Assembly: GCA_041651675.1 (NCBI GenBank)
Contig: JBAZIT010000002.1
Coordinates: forward strand, 1 to 33,353
Direction of reading: 5' to 3'
Source of the DNA: Candidatus Omnitrophota bacterium
GTDB lineage: Bacteria > Omnitrophota > Gorgyraeia > Gygaellales > Profunditerraquicolaceae
Length of the DNA stretch: 33,353 bases
Each line of letters starts with the position of its first letter. Position 1 is the first letter of the stretch. Both the position numbers and the translations under genes were made by a program. Positions 7,995 through 17,863 of this stretch are shown piece after piece. The notes below the pieces were generated by a model. That model was not told the DNA's origin, ran no database searches, and saw nothing but the letters and a program-made list of their open reading frames with translations.

Positions 7995-9230
7995 TCAGCT
8001 CATAGCGCATGTCCCGCCGCCGAGTTTCGTTTTATACAAATTCCTGTTATAAGGCAGTTTCATCAGCAGCATGGCCATAAGGCAGGCATCGGTCAAGCCG
8101 GCAAAAATAAGGCCGCCGCTGACAAATAACGGAATAAAAATAAATGCCCAATGCACGAGCCAGGATAAAAGGATCCCCGACAACACCAGGCCGCCGGCAA
8201 TGATTCTGACCTGGCGCTCTAGCGATATGCCGCCTCCTCCCTTAATAACGGCTAGTCCCTCTTTTTTCCAGCGGGTTAAGCCTCCCTGCATCACCTTTAC
8301 CCCCTGCATCCCTGACTGTATCAGCATATCAGCTGCCATAGGAGAACGGTTACCAGTGCGGCAGAAGACGATAAAATTTTGTTTAGCTTGCACCAGCTCA
8401 TTAATTTTGGCGGAAAGCATGTCAATCGGGATATTGATCGCATCCTGGATATGTTCCTGGTTGAATTCCAGGGCTGAGCGCACATCTAAAAGCTTAGTTT
8501 GAGCGTCCTGCTCGATAAGCGCCAAGGCGTCTTTAGGAAAGACCATTTCTATTGCCAGGGCCTGGCCATTCTGGTTCACCCGCACTATGTTATCGATATT
8601 AAAAGGCTTGGGAATGATTTTAGAGCGCATATCCCGGACAAACCTCTCTTTATCGGATTCTCGCAAGTAGGGATTTGTCTTTTTCTCCTGAGCGATGTTC
8701 GAGGAAAACTTCCCGTGATAATCATGCCCGGGGAACACTACGGTCTCATCGCCAAGGGCCTTTAACCTCTGCAACGTATCAAACATTGATTCCGGAGAGC
8801 CGTTCTGGAAATCCGTGCGGCCGACACTGCCGATCAGAAGCACATCAGCCGTAAATAATTTTCCCTGAGCGTATAAACTTATAGCGTCATCAGTATGCCC
8901 CGGAGTATAAATAACCTTAACCCGGCTCGAACCCAGGAGGATCTCTTCGTTATCCTTTAAGCGCCTGTCGGCTACGCTGGAGATGGCTTTTTCGTGCATT
9001 AATACCGGCACCCCGAATTTCTTCTTTAATATCGCCGCCAGAGAAAAATGGTCGGCATGGGTATGCGTATCAACTATAAATCTGAGGTTTAGCTTTTTTT
9101 TCTTCAAGTAGCCCTCATACTCCTCCTGCAGGCTGATATGCGGATCAATAATCAGGGCCTCGCTTCCGGAGTTCAAAATATAAGAATAACAGCTTCCGGC
9201 TGAGAATTGTTTGGTTATCAGATTTTCCAT
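7995..9230 (-). CDS. MBL-fold (persulfide-dioxygenase-like) - rhodanese - YgaP-like membrane tail fusion protein
   Basis: An HTHADH metal motif and later GHD mark the MBL part. The rhodanese active-site loop is FCRTGNRS. The C-terminus has two hydrophobic helices (DUF2892/YgaP-like). Confidence 0.8.
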   Translation of the reverse strand: MENLITKQFSAGSCYSYILNSGSEALIIDPHISLQEEYEGYLKKKKLNLRFIVDTHTHADHFSLAAILKKKFGVPVLMHEKAISSVADRRLKDNEEILLGSSRVKVIYTPGHTDDAISLYAQGKLFTADVLLIGSVGRTDFQNGSPESMFDTLQRLKALGDETVVFPGHDYHGKFSSNIAQEKKTNPYLRESDKERFVRDMRSKIIPKPFNIDNIVRVNQNGQALAIEMVFPKDALALIEQDAQTKLLDVRSALEFNQEHIQDAINIPIDMLSAKINELVQAKQNFIVFCRTGNRSPMAADMLIQSGMQGVKVMQGGLTRWKKEGLAVIKGGGGISLERQVRIIAGGLVLSGILLSWLVHWAFIFIPLFVSGGLIFAGLTDACLMAMLLMKLPYNRNLYKTKLGGGTCAMS

Positions 9231-9233
9231 AAG

Positions 9234-9617
9234 CTATCCTCCTAACTTTATTTCTACTTCCGGGTCCTGTTTCAGAGTTTTATGCACCGGGCAATTTTTA
9301 ATAAACTCCAGCATAGCCTTAAGCCTGCGCTCATCCAATCCCAGGCCTTTTAAATCTATTTTTACATCTATCTTCCTGAAACAAACCGGCTCCTCCCTGC
9401 TAAAATCCGCGTCCACGCTTACCTGGAATTCCGGCAGAGCCAATTTTGCTCCTTCCGCGTACTTGCGCAAATATACTCCTATGCAGGAGCCGAGGCTGGC
9501 AAGCAATACCTCCGGCGGAGTAGCCCCCTGGCCTTTTGTGTCAATAATAAACTCGTAATCCCTGGCCTTAACTTTAAAAGAATAATCCCCGGCGTTGGTT
9601 ATATCTACGTGGTACAT
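9234..9617 (-). CDS. OsmC/Ohr-family peroxiredoxin-like protein
   Basis: 127 aa with LLASLGSCIG and NCPVHKTL, the two conserved Cys contexts of the OsmC family. Confidence 0.75.
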   Translation of the reverse strand: MYHVDITNAGDYSFKVKARDYEFIIDTKGQGATPPEVLLASLGSCIGVYLRKYAEGAKLALPEFQVSVDADFSREEPVCFRKIDVKIDLKGLGLDERRLKAMLEFIKNCPVHKTLKQDPEVEIKLGG

Positions 9618-9651
9618 TATCTACTCCTTCCGCTGTTTGCGTTACTCAGCA

Positions 9652-10755
9652 CTACTTAATATGGCAGGTTGACTTAATACCCTGTTTTTCATAATAACCC
9701 TGATGGTATTCTTCTGCTTTATAAAATTCCCTGGCCGGCATAATCTCCGTTACAACAGCTTTTTTAAATTTCCCCGACTTTTCTAATTTTTCCTTAGATC
9801 GGCGCGCAGCCTTTTCCTGGACAGAAGTAGAATAGAAAATCAAAGAGCGGTACTGGCTGCCTATATCCGGACCCTGCCTGTTGGGTGTAGTCGGGTCATG
9901 AATATCCCAAAAAACATCCAGCAGTTTTTCATAAGAGACTTGGTCCGGATCATATTCTACCTGCACTACCTCAGCGTGGCCGGTCTTGTCTGTGCCTACC
10001 TCTTTATAGGTGGGATTTTTTAATGTTCCGCCCATAAAACCAACGGTTGTGTTTACCACGCCTTTTACCTGGCGGAAAGCAGACTCTACTCCCCAAAAAC
10101 ATCCGGCCCCGAACACGGCGGTCTCGGTCTTAGGCTGGGTAGTAATATCCTTATTAAACAGGTATAGATATTCAGCGTAACCTTCTTTTTCCATATCCTC
10201 GGCCGGGACAAAACGCAAGCTTGCGGAATTAAGGCAATAACGTAATCCGGTAGGCTGAGGGCCATCTTCGAAGATATGCCCTAAATGAGAATCGCTGCTT
10301 TTAGAGCGCACTTCAGTCCTCTGCATTCCCTGGCTTTTATCCGTTTTTTCAACCACCTCATCTTTTCTGATAGGCCTGGTAAAGCTTGGCCAACCGGTCC
10401 CGGAATCAAACTTATCAATCGAACTAAAGAGCGGCTCTCCGGTAATCACATCCACATAAATCCCCGGGTGTTTATTATCCCAGTATTTGTTCTTAAAAGG
10501 GGCTTCCGTGCCGTTCTGACGCATAATCCGGTACTGCTCAGGAGTAAGAATTTTTTTCAACTCCTCATCTTTCAATGGAAGGCTGCAACCAGGTGCCGGG
10601 TTCCGCTTTTCTCGATTATTCTTGTCAGGCATAGGGAGGACCTCCATAGCTTGCGTTATTAACGCTAACCCAAAAGAGAATATTAAGGTAAATATAATAA
10701 TGCCTATGACCTTAGGCGTTATCTTGGGCATATCCTGTTTCCTCTCCGGCAACAC
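9652..10755 (-). CDS. msrAB: membrane-anchored bifunctional methionine sulfoxide reductase (MsrB domain then MsrA domain)
   Basis: The MsrB part shows [17 protein letters not shown] and [11 protein letters not shown]. The MsrA part shows GAGCFWGVE and [13 protein letters not shown]. There is an N-terminal TM helix. The true start may be the internal MPKITPK. Confidence 0.9.
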   Translation of the reverse strand: MLPERKQDMPKITPKVIGIIIFTLIFSFGLALITQAMEVLPMPDKNNREKRNPAPGCSLPLKDEELKKILTPEQYRIMRQNGTEAPFKNKYWDNKHPGIYVDVITGEPLFSSIDKFDSGTGWPSFTRPIRKDEVVEKTDKSQGMQRTEVRSKSSDSHLGHIFEDGPQPTGLRYCLNSASLRFVPAEDMEKEGYAEYLYLFNKDITTQPKTETAVFGAGCFWGVESAFRQVKGVVNTTVGFMGGTLKNPTYKEVGTDKTGHAEVVQVEYDPDQVSYEKLLDVFWDIHDPTTPNRQGPDIGSQYRSLIFYSTSVQEKAARRSKEKLEKSGKFKKAVVTEIMPAREFYKAEEYHQGYYEKQGIKSTCHIK

Positions 10756-10921
10756 ACTCCCTCGCTGTAAATCATCATTAGCTATCGATTATAGCCCGGT
10801 TTTTTTATTATACACCCTTCTCCTCAACGCATAAACTAAATTTATCTTTATAGGGCAGGCAATTCAACATTGGGATAATTAACGGGAAGATTCTGGGATA
10901 ATTTGGAGAGCAGGGGGTAAA

Positions 10922-11434
10922 CTAAAATTTCTTTAAAAAACCGGATAGAGTTTCGATGATTGCCAGCGGGCTGGGCGGGCATCCCGGAATATGCAACATT
11001 ACCGGCAGGATACTGCTCACCGGGCCTTCCACATAATAAGAATCTTTGAATAAACCGCAGTTTAAAGCGCAATCTCCGCAAGTAATCACAAATTTAGGCT
11101 CGGGCATAGCGGCGTAGGTCTTTTTTAAAGCAATAAGCATGTTCTTCGATACCGGGCCGGTAACTAAAAGCGCATCGGCGTGGCGCGGGGAAGCCACGAA
11201 ATTGACGCCGAATCTCTGCAAGTCATAAATGGGATTATTCGACGCGATAATTTCCGATTCGCAAGCTCCGCAGGAACCTGTATCCACTTCGCGGATAGCC
11301 AGCGACCGGCCGAATTTCTTGCGGACTAGGAATCTCAACTCCGAGCCCGCGGAATCTATATCTCGGGCCAATTCCGGATGGATATGCCTGGTAACTATGC
11401 CTTTTAAAATCCTGCTTTTGAGTACCTCGATCAT
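10922..11434 (-). CDS. NuoB/HycG-like small subunit of a group-4-hydrogenase-related complex ([4Fe-4S] ligands retained)
   Basis: GSCGACESE, ASPRHADALLVTGPV, TCGDCALNCG and PGCPPSP are present, so all four cluster cysteines are there. Confidence 0.85.
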   Translation of the reverse strand: MIEVLKSRILKGIVTRHIHPELARDIDSAGSELRFLVRKKFGRSLAIREVDTGSCGACESEIIASNNPIYDLQRFGVNFVASPRHADALLVTGPVSKNMLIALKKTYAAMPEPKFVITCGDCALNCGLFKDSYYVEGPVSSILPVMLHIPGCPPSPLAIIETLSGFLKKF

Positions 11435-11437
11435 AAT

Positions 11438-13015
11438 TTATAAGTCATTCCCTGGATACGACAGATCAAAACTTTTATTACACAGCGGAAAATCCGGGAT
11501 AATATTCCCCAGGACAGCGTAAGCAAGCCCCTGCCAGTTAAGAAAAGAAGGGTCCGCGATCTTGCACCTGGCAATTAAACCATCGGGATTTATCTTTAAC
11601 CAGTATAAAACCGGGCCGCGCCAGGCCTCCGCATAACCCAGGCCGCTGCCTCCTTTTATCCCAGATGCAGCCATTGATTTTTCTCCCTGTTTAAGCCTGG
11701 CCGTAAACCCTTCGATCAGACGGCAGGATTCTGCGAATTCCAGGATCCTTAAATTCAAACGGGCCAAAACATCTCCGGATTGCCGGGTGATCATTTCAAA
11801 GTTGGCTTCCCTGTATACGCCAGGGAAATACTTCCGTAAATCAGCGGGAATGCCGCTGGCGCGGGCAACCAACCCGGACACGCCCAGGTCTTCGGCTGTC
11901 TTTCTTTTTAAAACTCCGGTACTATCCACTCTGTCCATAAAAGAAACGCTGGAGTTTAATATTTTAGCCAGTTCATCAAAATCCTGTTTTATACGCTTAA
12001 GAGAATCCCGGAGCTCCTTTTTCCCAGCTTCGTCAATATCCGTTAAAACTCCTCCTGCAGCATTAACTCTCCGCAAGTATCTATCCCCGGTAAGCCGGTC
12101 ATTCAATTGCAGGATCGCCTCTTTAATGATCGAGGCATAGGCAGAAGGAAAACTGAATCCTGCGTCAAGGGCTATACCGCCGATATCATTCACATGGTTA
12201 TACATACGCTCGAGCTCTAAAAAGATACCTCTTAAATAAGCTGCCTGCTTAGGAATCAATATGCCGGAGATCTTCTCTTGCGCCTGGATAAAGGCGAGGC
12301 TGTGCGCAAAACTTGCATCTCCGGAAACAGATTCGGACAGCCGAACAGCCTCCGAACAGAGCTTACCCTCAAAAAGCTTCTCTATGCCCCGATGCGTAAA
12401 ACCCAGCCTGGCCTCTAAGTTTATGATCGGCTCTCCGGCAACACTAAAACGAAAATGTCCCGGCCCGATAATACCGGCGTGCACCGGTCCCACCGGTACC
12501 TCAAATATCCCTTCTCCCTCTACCCGGTTAAAAACATAATCACTCAACTCCCCGGCTGGTATTTTCCGGAAATCCTTGCGTAAAGGATAATTCCCTTTTG
12601 GCCAAACCTCATCATGCAGCCTTAATCTCCTTAAATCCGGATTATCTTTAGGCTTTATGCCGAACATCTCCCAGATCTCTCTCTCAAAAAGACTGGCTGA
12701 ATACATGTTCCTGGCCAAAGAATCAAACTCCGGGCTTTCCCCCTGAATATCCCTGCTTACGGTGATCCAGCGGCTGTTTTGAAGATCCGCAAATACACAA
12801 TTAAGTAAAAATTTTCCGCTCTCTTCCCGTTCATCCAGCGCAAAAAGCAGCATTACCGGGGAAGCAAGGTTCTTATGCAAAATAAGGCAGATATCTTTAA
12901 AATCCTGGGGCCTGACCCTGATAGTAAGCTCATCCGGATAAGCCTCACCGATGGAGAGCGCCTCAAAACCAGGAAGTTCTCTTTTTATACTTGAAATAAT
13001 TTCTGAGCCAACCAT
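11438..13015 (-). CDS. fused NuoC-NuoD / HycE-like large subunit lacking the [NiFe] cysteine ligands
   Basis: Homology signatures are RLHDEVWPKGNYPLRKDF, VGPVHAGIIGPGHFRF and LGFTHRGIEKL. Where the CxxC motif should be, the sequence is ESVSGDASFAHS (12299..12334). The C-terminus is KSFDLSYPGNDL (11441..11476) instead of DPCxxCxxR. Confidence 0.85.
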   Translation of the reverse strand: MVGSEIISSIKRELPGFEALSIGEAYPDELTIRVRPQDFKDICLILHKNLASPVMLLFALDEREESGKFLLNCVFADLQNSRWITVSRDIQGESPEFDSLARNMYSASLFEREIWEMFGIKPKDNPDLRRLRLHDEVWPKGNYPLRKDFRKIPAGELSDYVFNRVEGEGIFEVPVGPVHAGIIGPGHFRFSVAGEPIINLEARLGFTHRGIEKLFEGKLCSEAVRLSESVSGDASFAHSLAFIQAQEKISGILIPKQAAYLRGIFLELERMYNHVNDIGGIALDAGFSFPSAYASIIKEAILQLNDRLTGDRYLRRVNAAGGVLTDIDEAGKKELRDSLKRIKQDFDELAKILNSSVSFMDRVDSTGVLKRKTAEDLGVSGLVARASGIPADLRKYFPGVYREANFEMITRQSGDVLARLNLRILEFAESCRLIEGFTARLKQGEKSMAASGIKGGSGLGYAEAWRGPVLYWLKINPDGLIARCKIADPSFLNWQGLAYAVLGNIIPDFPLCNKSFDLSYPGNDL

Positions 13016-14442
13016 ATTAAATCCTTTCCCGCATAAATCAATAACGCCCCTGAAACACAGACCAGGGAAAATAAGAACAAAAATGCCATTTTCCCGCTGA
13101 GCGGCTCCCCGCCTGCCTTCATCTCATTAGGGATATTGCCGAAAAGCATTTTCCCAAAATGATAAATGAATGCGGCAAAGATAACCGCCAGGAACAATAA
13201 TAATAAACCCGCCACAAGGTAAGAGCTGCTGGTAAAAGCAGCGATGATGATCATGATCTCGCTGAAGAATATGGAAAAAGGCGGCAAACCCGCCAGCGCA
13301 AAACAACCCAGGAGCACCATTATCCCCGTAAAAGGAAGCGCCTTAATTACTCCCCGGATAACATTCATATTATGTTCCCTGTAGACATTGACAATATTAC
13401 CCGCCCCGAAAAACATCAAGGATTTCGTTACCGCGTGGTTAAAAATATGGAACAGCGCTCCGGCTATGGCTAAAGGCGTTCCCAGGCCAAATCCGATCGA
13501 GATTATGCCGATATGCTCAATGCTGCTATAGGCCAGCAGGCGTTTTAAGTCTTTCTGGACCAGGATAAAACCGCTGGACACAATCAAAGAAATCACTCCC
13601 AGGAGGATCATTAAATGCGCGAAATACGCAAAACCCACTCCCTTGATCACAATAATGCCGAATCTCAAGATCGCGTAAATCGCGGTCTTTAGTAAAACTC
13701 CCGATAAGAGCGCGCTGATAGGAGCTACTGCCTGGCTGTGGGCATCCGGCAGCCAGGTATGCATAGGCGCTAAGCCCGCTTTTGTCCCGTAACCGACTAA
13801 AATAAAGATGAAAGCTGCCTTCAAGATATTCTTATCCAGGATATGGGCAACCGGGGCCATATCTGACCAGTTCAGGCTCTTAGAAAGACCGGAGATCGCA
13901 AAAGCGTAGGAAAAAAGGATCGTGCCCAGAAGCGCGAAGATTATCCCTACTGAACAGATAATGATATATTTCCAGGCGGCTTCCACAGATTCCTTCTTAT
14001 TGTAAAATCCCACCAGGAGCGCGGAAATAAGCGTGGTCATTTCAATCGCCACCCAGAGCATTCCCAGATTATTTACCGCCGGGACAAAAAACATTGAACA
14101 GCAGAATAAATTAAAAAAGAGATAATAGGCCCCGGCTTTCTTCTCCGAGATGACCCCCCTTCCCATCTCTCTTTTCAGATAACCGATGGAATATAATGCC
14201 GAGGCAAACGCAACAACGGAAATGACAAAAATAAAAAATACGCTCAAAGCATCCAGATAAATAAAGCTAAAACAGGCAATATCCCTTTTTAAAAATACAG
14301 CCTGTCTTAACAGTCCCGAGCTTAAACATAGAACTATCAGGTACCCGGCGCTATTAACAGCCCCGAACACATCCTTCTTTCGGACAACTAAGGCTGCCAG
14401 CGCAAGCAAGAGCGGGATCCCTAAAATAAAAAATATCGTCAT
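12985..14442 (-). CDS. NuoM/NuoN/HyfF-like antiporter-type membrane subunit
   Basis: 485 aa, polytopic, with conserved motifs of the Mrp/complex I antiporter-like family (GTKAGLAPMHTWLPDAH, LLAYSSIEHIG). It overlaps the next gene by 31 nt. Confidence 0.85.
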   Translation of the reverse strand: MTIFFILGIPLLLALAALVVRKKDVFGAVNSAGYLIVLCLSSGLLRQAVFLKRDIACFSFIYLDALSVFFIFVISVVAFASALYSIGYLKREMGRGVISEKKAGAYYLFFNLFCCSMFFVPAVNNLGMLWVAIEMTTLISALLVGFYNKKESVEAAWKYIIICSVGIIFALLGTILFSYAFAISGLSKSLNWSDMAPVAHILDKNILKAAFIFILVGYGTKAGLAPMHTWLPDAHSQAVAPISALLSGVLLKTAIYAILRFGIIVIKGVGFAYFAHLMILLGVISLIVSSGFILVQKDLKRLLAYSSIEHIGIISIGFGLGTPLAIAGALFHIFNHAVTKSLMFFGAGNIVNVYREHNMNVIRGVIKALPFTGIMVLLGCFALAGLPPFSIFFSEIMIIIAAFTSSSYLVAGLLLLFLAVIFAAFIYHFGKMLFGNIPNEMKAGGEPLSGKMAFLFLFSLVCVSGALLIYAGKDLIWLAQKLFQV

Positions 14443-14445
14443 AGT

Positions 14446-15081
14446 TTATCCTTTTAACTGCGAAAGCTTATTTACGTCAATGTGCGTAAAAAGCTTATTT
14501 ATCCGGTAGACAAAAATACCCATAATCAGCACGCTGATGAATACGTCCAGGAATATGGCGATCTCCACAAAAAAAGGCATTCCTCCGGTAACCGCCGAAG
14601 CAAAAAGAAAGATCCCGTTTTCCATCACCAGTATCCCGATTACCTGCGTAAATGCCCTCATCCGGGAGATCATCAGGAACGCGCCGATAAAAATAACCGA
14701 AAAAGCCACGCTCACCGCAGCTAACTGCAAAGGCCTCTGGCCAAATCCCAAATTCCCGGAGAGTACCCAGGAACAGTAAGTAAGCGCAAGCGCGCAAATA
14801 AGCGACAACTGGGGATTAACCAGCAGGCCCAGGTTCTCGTCAACCTTGATCTTTCTGGCAGTCAAATTCAGGAAATGCGGGATTAGAAAGAACTTCACCA
14901 GAAGGATCAACCCTGAGATAAAATATAACTCCATCTGCTTCTCTTTAAACGCGGCCAGGCCCGTTGCCAGGAAAAGGAATAACGATTGAAAGCGAAAACC
15001 GCGGATTAAAGCCGGGACCCTCTTAGCGATAACCATAAGATAAGTCAGGACTAAAACCGCAAATAATATCATTACCTGCAT
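14446..15081 (-). CDS. HyfE-like small membrane subunit
   Basis: 211 aa with about 6-7 TM helices, sitting between the NuoH-like and antiporter-like genes as in hyf operons. Confidence 0.65.
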   Translation of the reverse strand: MQVMILFAVLVLTYLMVIAKRVPALIRGFRFQSLFLFLATGLAAFKEKQMELYFISGLILLVKFFLIPHFLNLTARKIKVDENLGLLVNPQLSLICALALTYCSWVLSGNLGFGQRPLQLAAVSVAFSVIFIGAFLMISRMRAFTQVIGILVMENGIFLFASAVTGGMPFFVEIAIFLDVFISVLIMGIFVYRINKLFTHIDVNKLSQLKG

Positions 15082-15082
15082 A

Positions 15083-16006
15083 TTAAACTCCCAAGATCGC
15101 GCAGATGCTCGCGATTATTCCCAGCACAAAAGCAAAACCCAGGAAATCCGCTACCCTGAATAAGCGCATTTTGGCTACCGAAACCTCGACTACTGCCACG
15201 ATAGCCGCGACAATGACCAAACGCCCCAGATACCATGAGGACCAGAAAACTATCTCCGCCAGGCTTCCGGATACCGGCAGGCCAACCGGAAAAACGATCT
15301 GGGCGATAAGAAGAAAGAAGATCGTCTGCTTAACGTAAGCAGCCATTTCGATGAGAGCCAACGGCCTTCCCGAATATTCCAAAACCATTGCTTCATGCAC
15401 CATCGTCAATTCCAGGTGCGTTTCCTGATTATCCACCGGAATGCGCGCGGTTTCCGCCAGCGCGATCAGGAATAAAGCCGCTCCCGCGATAATCGAAGAA
15501 GCCTGCACCCCGGAAACAGCGCCGAATGCCGCCAGACTGGTTGAGCCGCTCCTTAAAGATATGGAAAATACCACTAAACAAAGCGCAGGTTCAACCAGGC
15601 TGGAGATGAACATCTCTCTTGATGAGCCCAGTCCGCCGAAAGAACTCCCCGTATCTAACGCTGCCAGCGCCAGGAAAAAGCGGCCTAAAGCCAGGATAAA
15701 TATCAAAGCCAGAAGATCTCCCAGGTAATTCAGGGGAGTATAAAATATGAACACCGGAATAAGTAAAGCAGCGCACAAAGTAGAACCAAGAACGACAAAA
15801 GGAGCAGCCTGGAATATCCAGGAAGCGGTATCGGAAACCACCTCCTCTTTCAAGAATAACTTGGACAGGTTATAATAAGGTTGCCAGATGCTCTGGCCTT
15901 TGCGCAGGCGCAGGGAATTTTTTATTTTAGTAATCAGCCCGCTCAACAAAGGGGCAGCAGCCATAAAGAAAACCAGCTGCAATAATATAAAATATATTTT
16001 ATTCAT
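15083..16006 (-). CDS. NuoH/HycD-like membrane subunit
   Basis: 307 aa, polytopic, with the motif context ETARIPVDNQETHLELTMVHEAMVLEYSG typical of HycD/NuoH. Confidence 0.8.
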   Translation of the reverse strand: MNKIYFILLQLVFFMAAAPLLSGLITKIKNSLRLRKGQSIWQPYYNLSKLFLKEEVVSDTASWIFQAAPFVVLGSTLCAALLIPVFIFYTPLNYLGDLLALIFILALGRFFLALAALDTGSSFGGLGSSREMFISSLVEPALCLVVFSISLRSGSTSLAAFGAVSGVQASSIIAGAALFLIALAETARIPVDNQETHLELTMVHEAMVLEYSGRPLALIEMAAYVKQTIFFLLIAQIVFPVGLPVSGSLAEIVFWSSWYLGRLVIVAAIVAVVEVSVAKMRLFRVADFLGFAFVLGIIASICAILGV

Positions 16007-16007
16007 T

Positions 16008-17843
16008 TTAAAATTTAGGCATAAAAATTATCAATAATAATACTGTCGCGAATATATACGCCAGGTACAGATGGATACTGCCCGGCTGGATCCGGCGCAT
16101 AAACTTAGCCGCCCTGATCACCAGGCCTACCAGCGGCTGATAAATGTATTTTCTGAATACCGGCGTAGTATGCGTTTCATAGGTAAAAGACTTAACATGG
16201 TAAAATGATTCCCGGACCTTCTGGGTCTTACGGTAAGGCAAAAGAAAAAAACTAAAGGCGATACGGAACGGCTTGGAAAAGGCTGTCGCGGTATATTCAT
16301 TGCGCGCATTCAGTTTGTAATAACCGCAATCCCAGGTGTTCAACATTACCGCTTTTTTACGGCCGGTTAACCGGTACACAACCAGGCCCGCAATACCCAG
16401 CGCGATCAAAGCCAAAGCCAACCAGGGAGTAGAAAGATAAACGCCTTGTCCGGCTTGCGGGCTTAAGATGAAATTGTTCAGGGAGAATTTCATACTGCTT
16501 ATATCAATGCCGGTTACGCTCCCGGTAATCTTTGCTAACAATTTTATAATCCAGGCGGCTAGTAACCCGAAAATAACGGCCAAAAGCGCTAAGAAAAACA
16601 TGCCTGCCCGCATAGATAAAGGGACTTCCTGCGCGGATCTGGCGTAATTACTCCTGGGGAGAGCCAGGAAGGTTACCCCAAAAGCTTTGACAAAACAAGC
16701 AGCTGCCAAGCCGCTGGTTAAAGCTAACAAGCTGGCGCAAACTCCCAGAAAAAGCTTGGTCCCCCCGGCCACTTGAAAAGCCCCCAAAAAGAAAGCCTGT
16801 AAAGTCAGCCATTCGCTGACAAAGCCATTTAAAGGCGGCAAAGCTGAAATGGCCATTGCGCCGATCAGAAAATAAAGCGCGGTCTGCGGCATTTTTTTGA
16901 TCAGGCCTCCTAATTTTTCAATATCGCGCGTGCCGGTCGCCTTGTAAACGCTTCCAGCGCATAAAAACAAAAGGCCTTTAAAGATCGCGTGATTTACTAA
17001 GTGGTACAAACCGGCAATCAGGGAAAAAACCGCCAGGTACGGTAAATTTAAACTGATAAAGAACATGGCCAGCCCTACCCCTAACAAAATTATTCCTATA
17101 TTTTCCACGCTGTGATAGGCCAGGAGTTTTTTAAGGTCATGCTCCATAAGCGCATAAATAACACCTACCAGGCAGGAAATCAGCGCGAGGATGAGAACTA
17201 AGATCCCCCACCAGGAAGAATTTACTCCGAGGATGAAGATCACAAACCGGATTATCCCGTAAATGGCGGTTTTGATCATTACGCCGGACATAAGGCTTGA
17301 GATATGGCTCGGCGCCTGCGGATGAGCATAAGGCAGCCAGATATGCAACGGGACTATACCGGCTTTAGTCCCGAAACCGATCAGGAGCAGCAGGAATACG
17401 ATATTTCTAACCTGAAGAGGCATTGACCGGCAGGCCTCTTTAATCGCCAGGAAATCAAATGCCTGCGCGTATTGATACATAATCATGAATGCCGCTATTA
17501 AAAAAGCTGTTCCAATATGCGTCATGATTATATAAATCGCTCCGGCCTGAATGGATTTGTCGTGCGCGGTATCAAAAACCACCAGAAAATAAGAAACCAG
17601 GGACATTATCTCCCAGACAATAAGAAAAATTAAGGCGTTAGCCGCGGTAACCACCGCCGCCATGGATAAAACAAAAATAATCAACAGAAACCAGGCCAGG
17701 ATTATCTTGGCAGGCGAATATTCCCCCTTGAGATAACTGAAAGAATAAACAGCTGAAGGCAGTGAAACAATGAAGATAACGGAAAGGAAAAATACGGCGA
17801 GCGGATCGAATAAAAAAAACTGTTTGGGGAAAAGATTTAACAT
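16008..17843 (-). CDS. NuoL/HyfB/HycC-like antiporter-type membrane subunit
   Basis: 611 aa with GTKAGIVPLHIWLPYAHPQAPS and LLAYHSVENIG motifs. It is the first gene of the cluster. Confidence 0.85.
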   Translation of the reverse strand: MLNLFPKQFFLFDPLAVFFLSVIFIVSLPSAVYSFSYLKGEYSPAKIILAWFLLIIFVLSMAAVVTAANALIFLIVWEIMSLVSYFLVVFDTAHDKSIQAGAIYIIMTHIGTAFLIAAFMIMYQYAQAFDFLAIKEACRSMPLQVRNIVFLLLLIGFGTKAGIVPLHIWLPYAHPQAPSHISSLMSGVMIKTAIYGIIRFVIFILGVNSSWWGILVLILALISCLVGVIYALMEHDLKKLLAYHSVENIGIILLGVGLAMFFISLNLPYLAVFSLIAGLYHLVNHAIFKGLLFLCAGSVYKATGTRDIEKLGGLIKKMPQTALYFLIGAMAISALPPLNGFVSEWLTLQAFFLGAFQVAGGTKLFLGVCASLLALTSGLAAACFVKAFGVTFLALPRSNYARSAQEVPLSMRAGMFFLALLAVIFGLLAAWIIKLLAKITGSVTGIDISSMKFSLNNFILSPQAGQGVYLSTPWLALALIALGIAGLVVYRLTGRKKAVMLNTWDCGYYKLNARNEYTATAFSKPFRIAFSFFLLPYRKTQKVRESFYHVKSFTYETHTTPVFRKYIYQPLVGLVIRAAKFMRRIQPGSIHLYLAYIFATVLLLIIFMPKF

Positions 17844-17863
17844 TTAAAGGGTTTAGCCTCTAT

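Noticed and set aside
10848-11081. 77-aa minus-strand ORF overlapping the 3' end of the NuoB/HycG-like gene
   Set aside because: It is an alternative frame of a gene with clear homology signatures and has no motifs of its own.
11438-13015. Calling this cluster a [NiFe] hydrogenase-4 / formate hydrogenlyase
   Set aside because: The large-subunit homolog has Ser/Ala at the N-terminal CxxC positions and no C-terminal DPCxxC motif, so a Ni-Fe active site cannot form. I annotated it as hydrogenase-related (Ehr-type) instead.
14482-16309. Several 60-100-aa ORFs on both strands inside the membrane-subunit genes (e.g. 14495..14797, 15441..15728, 16127..16309)
   Set aside because: These are alternative-frame or antisense ORFs within long genes that have clear complex-I-type membrane-subunit signatures.
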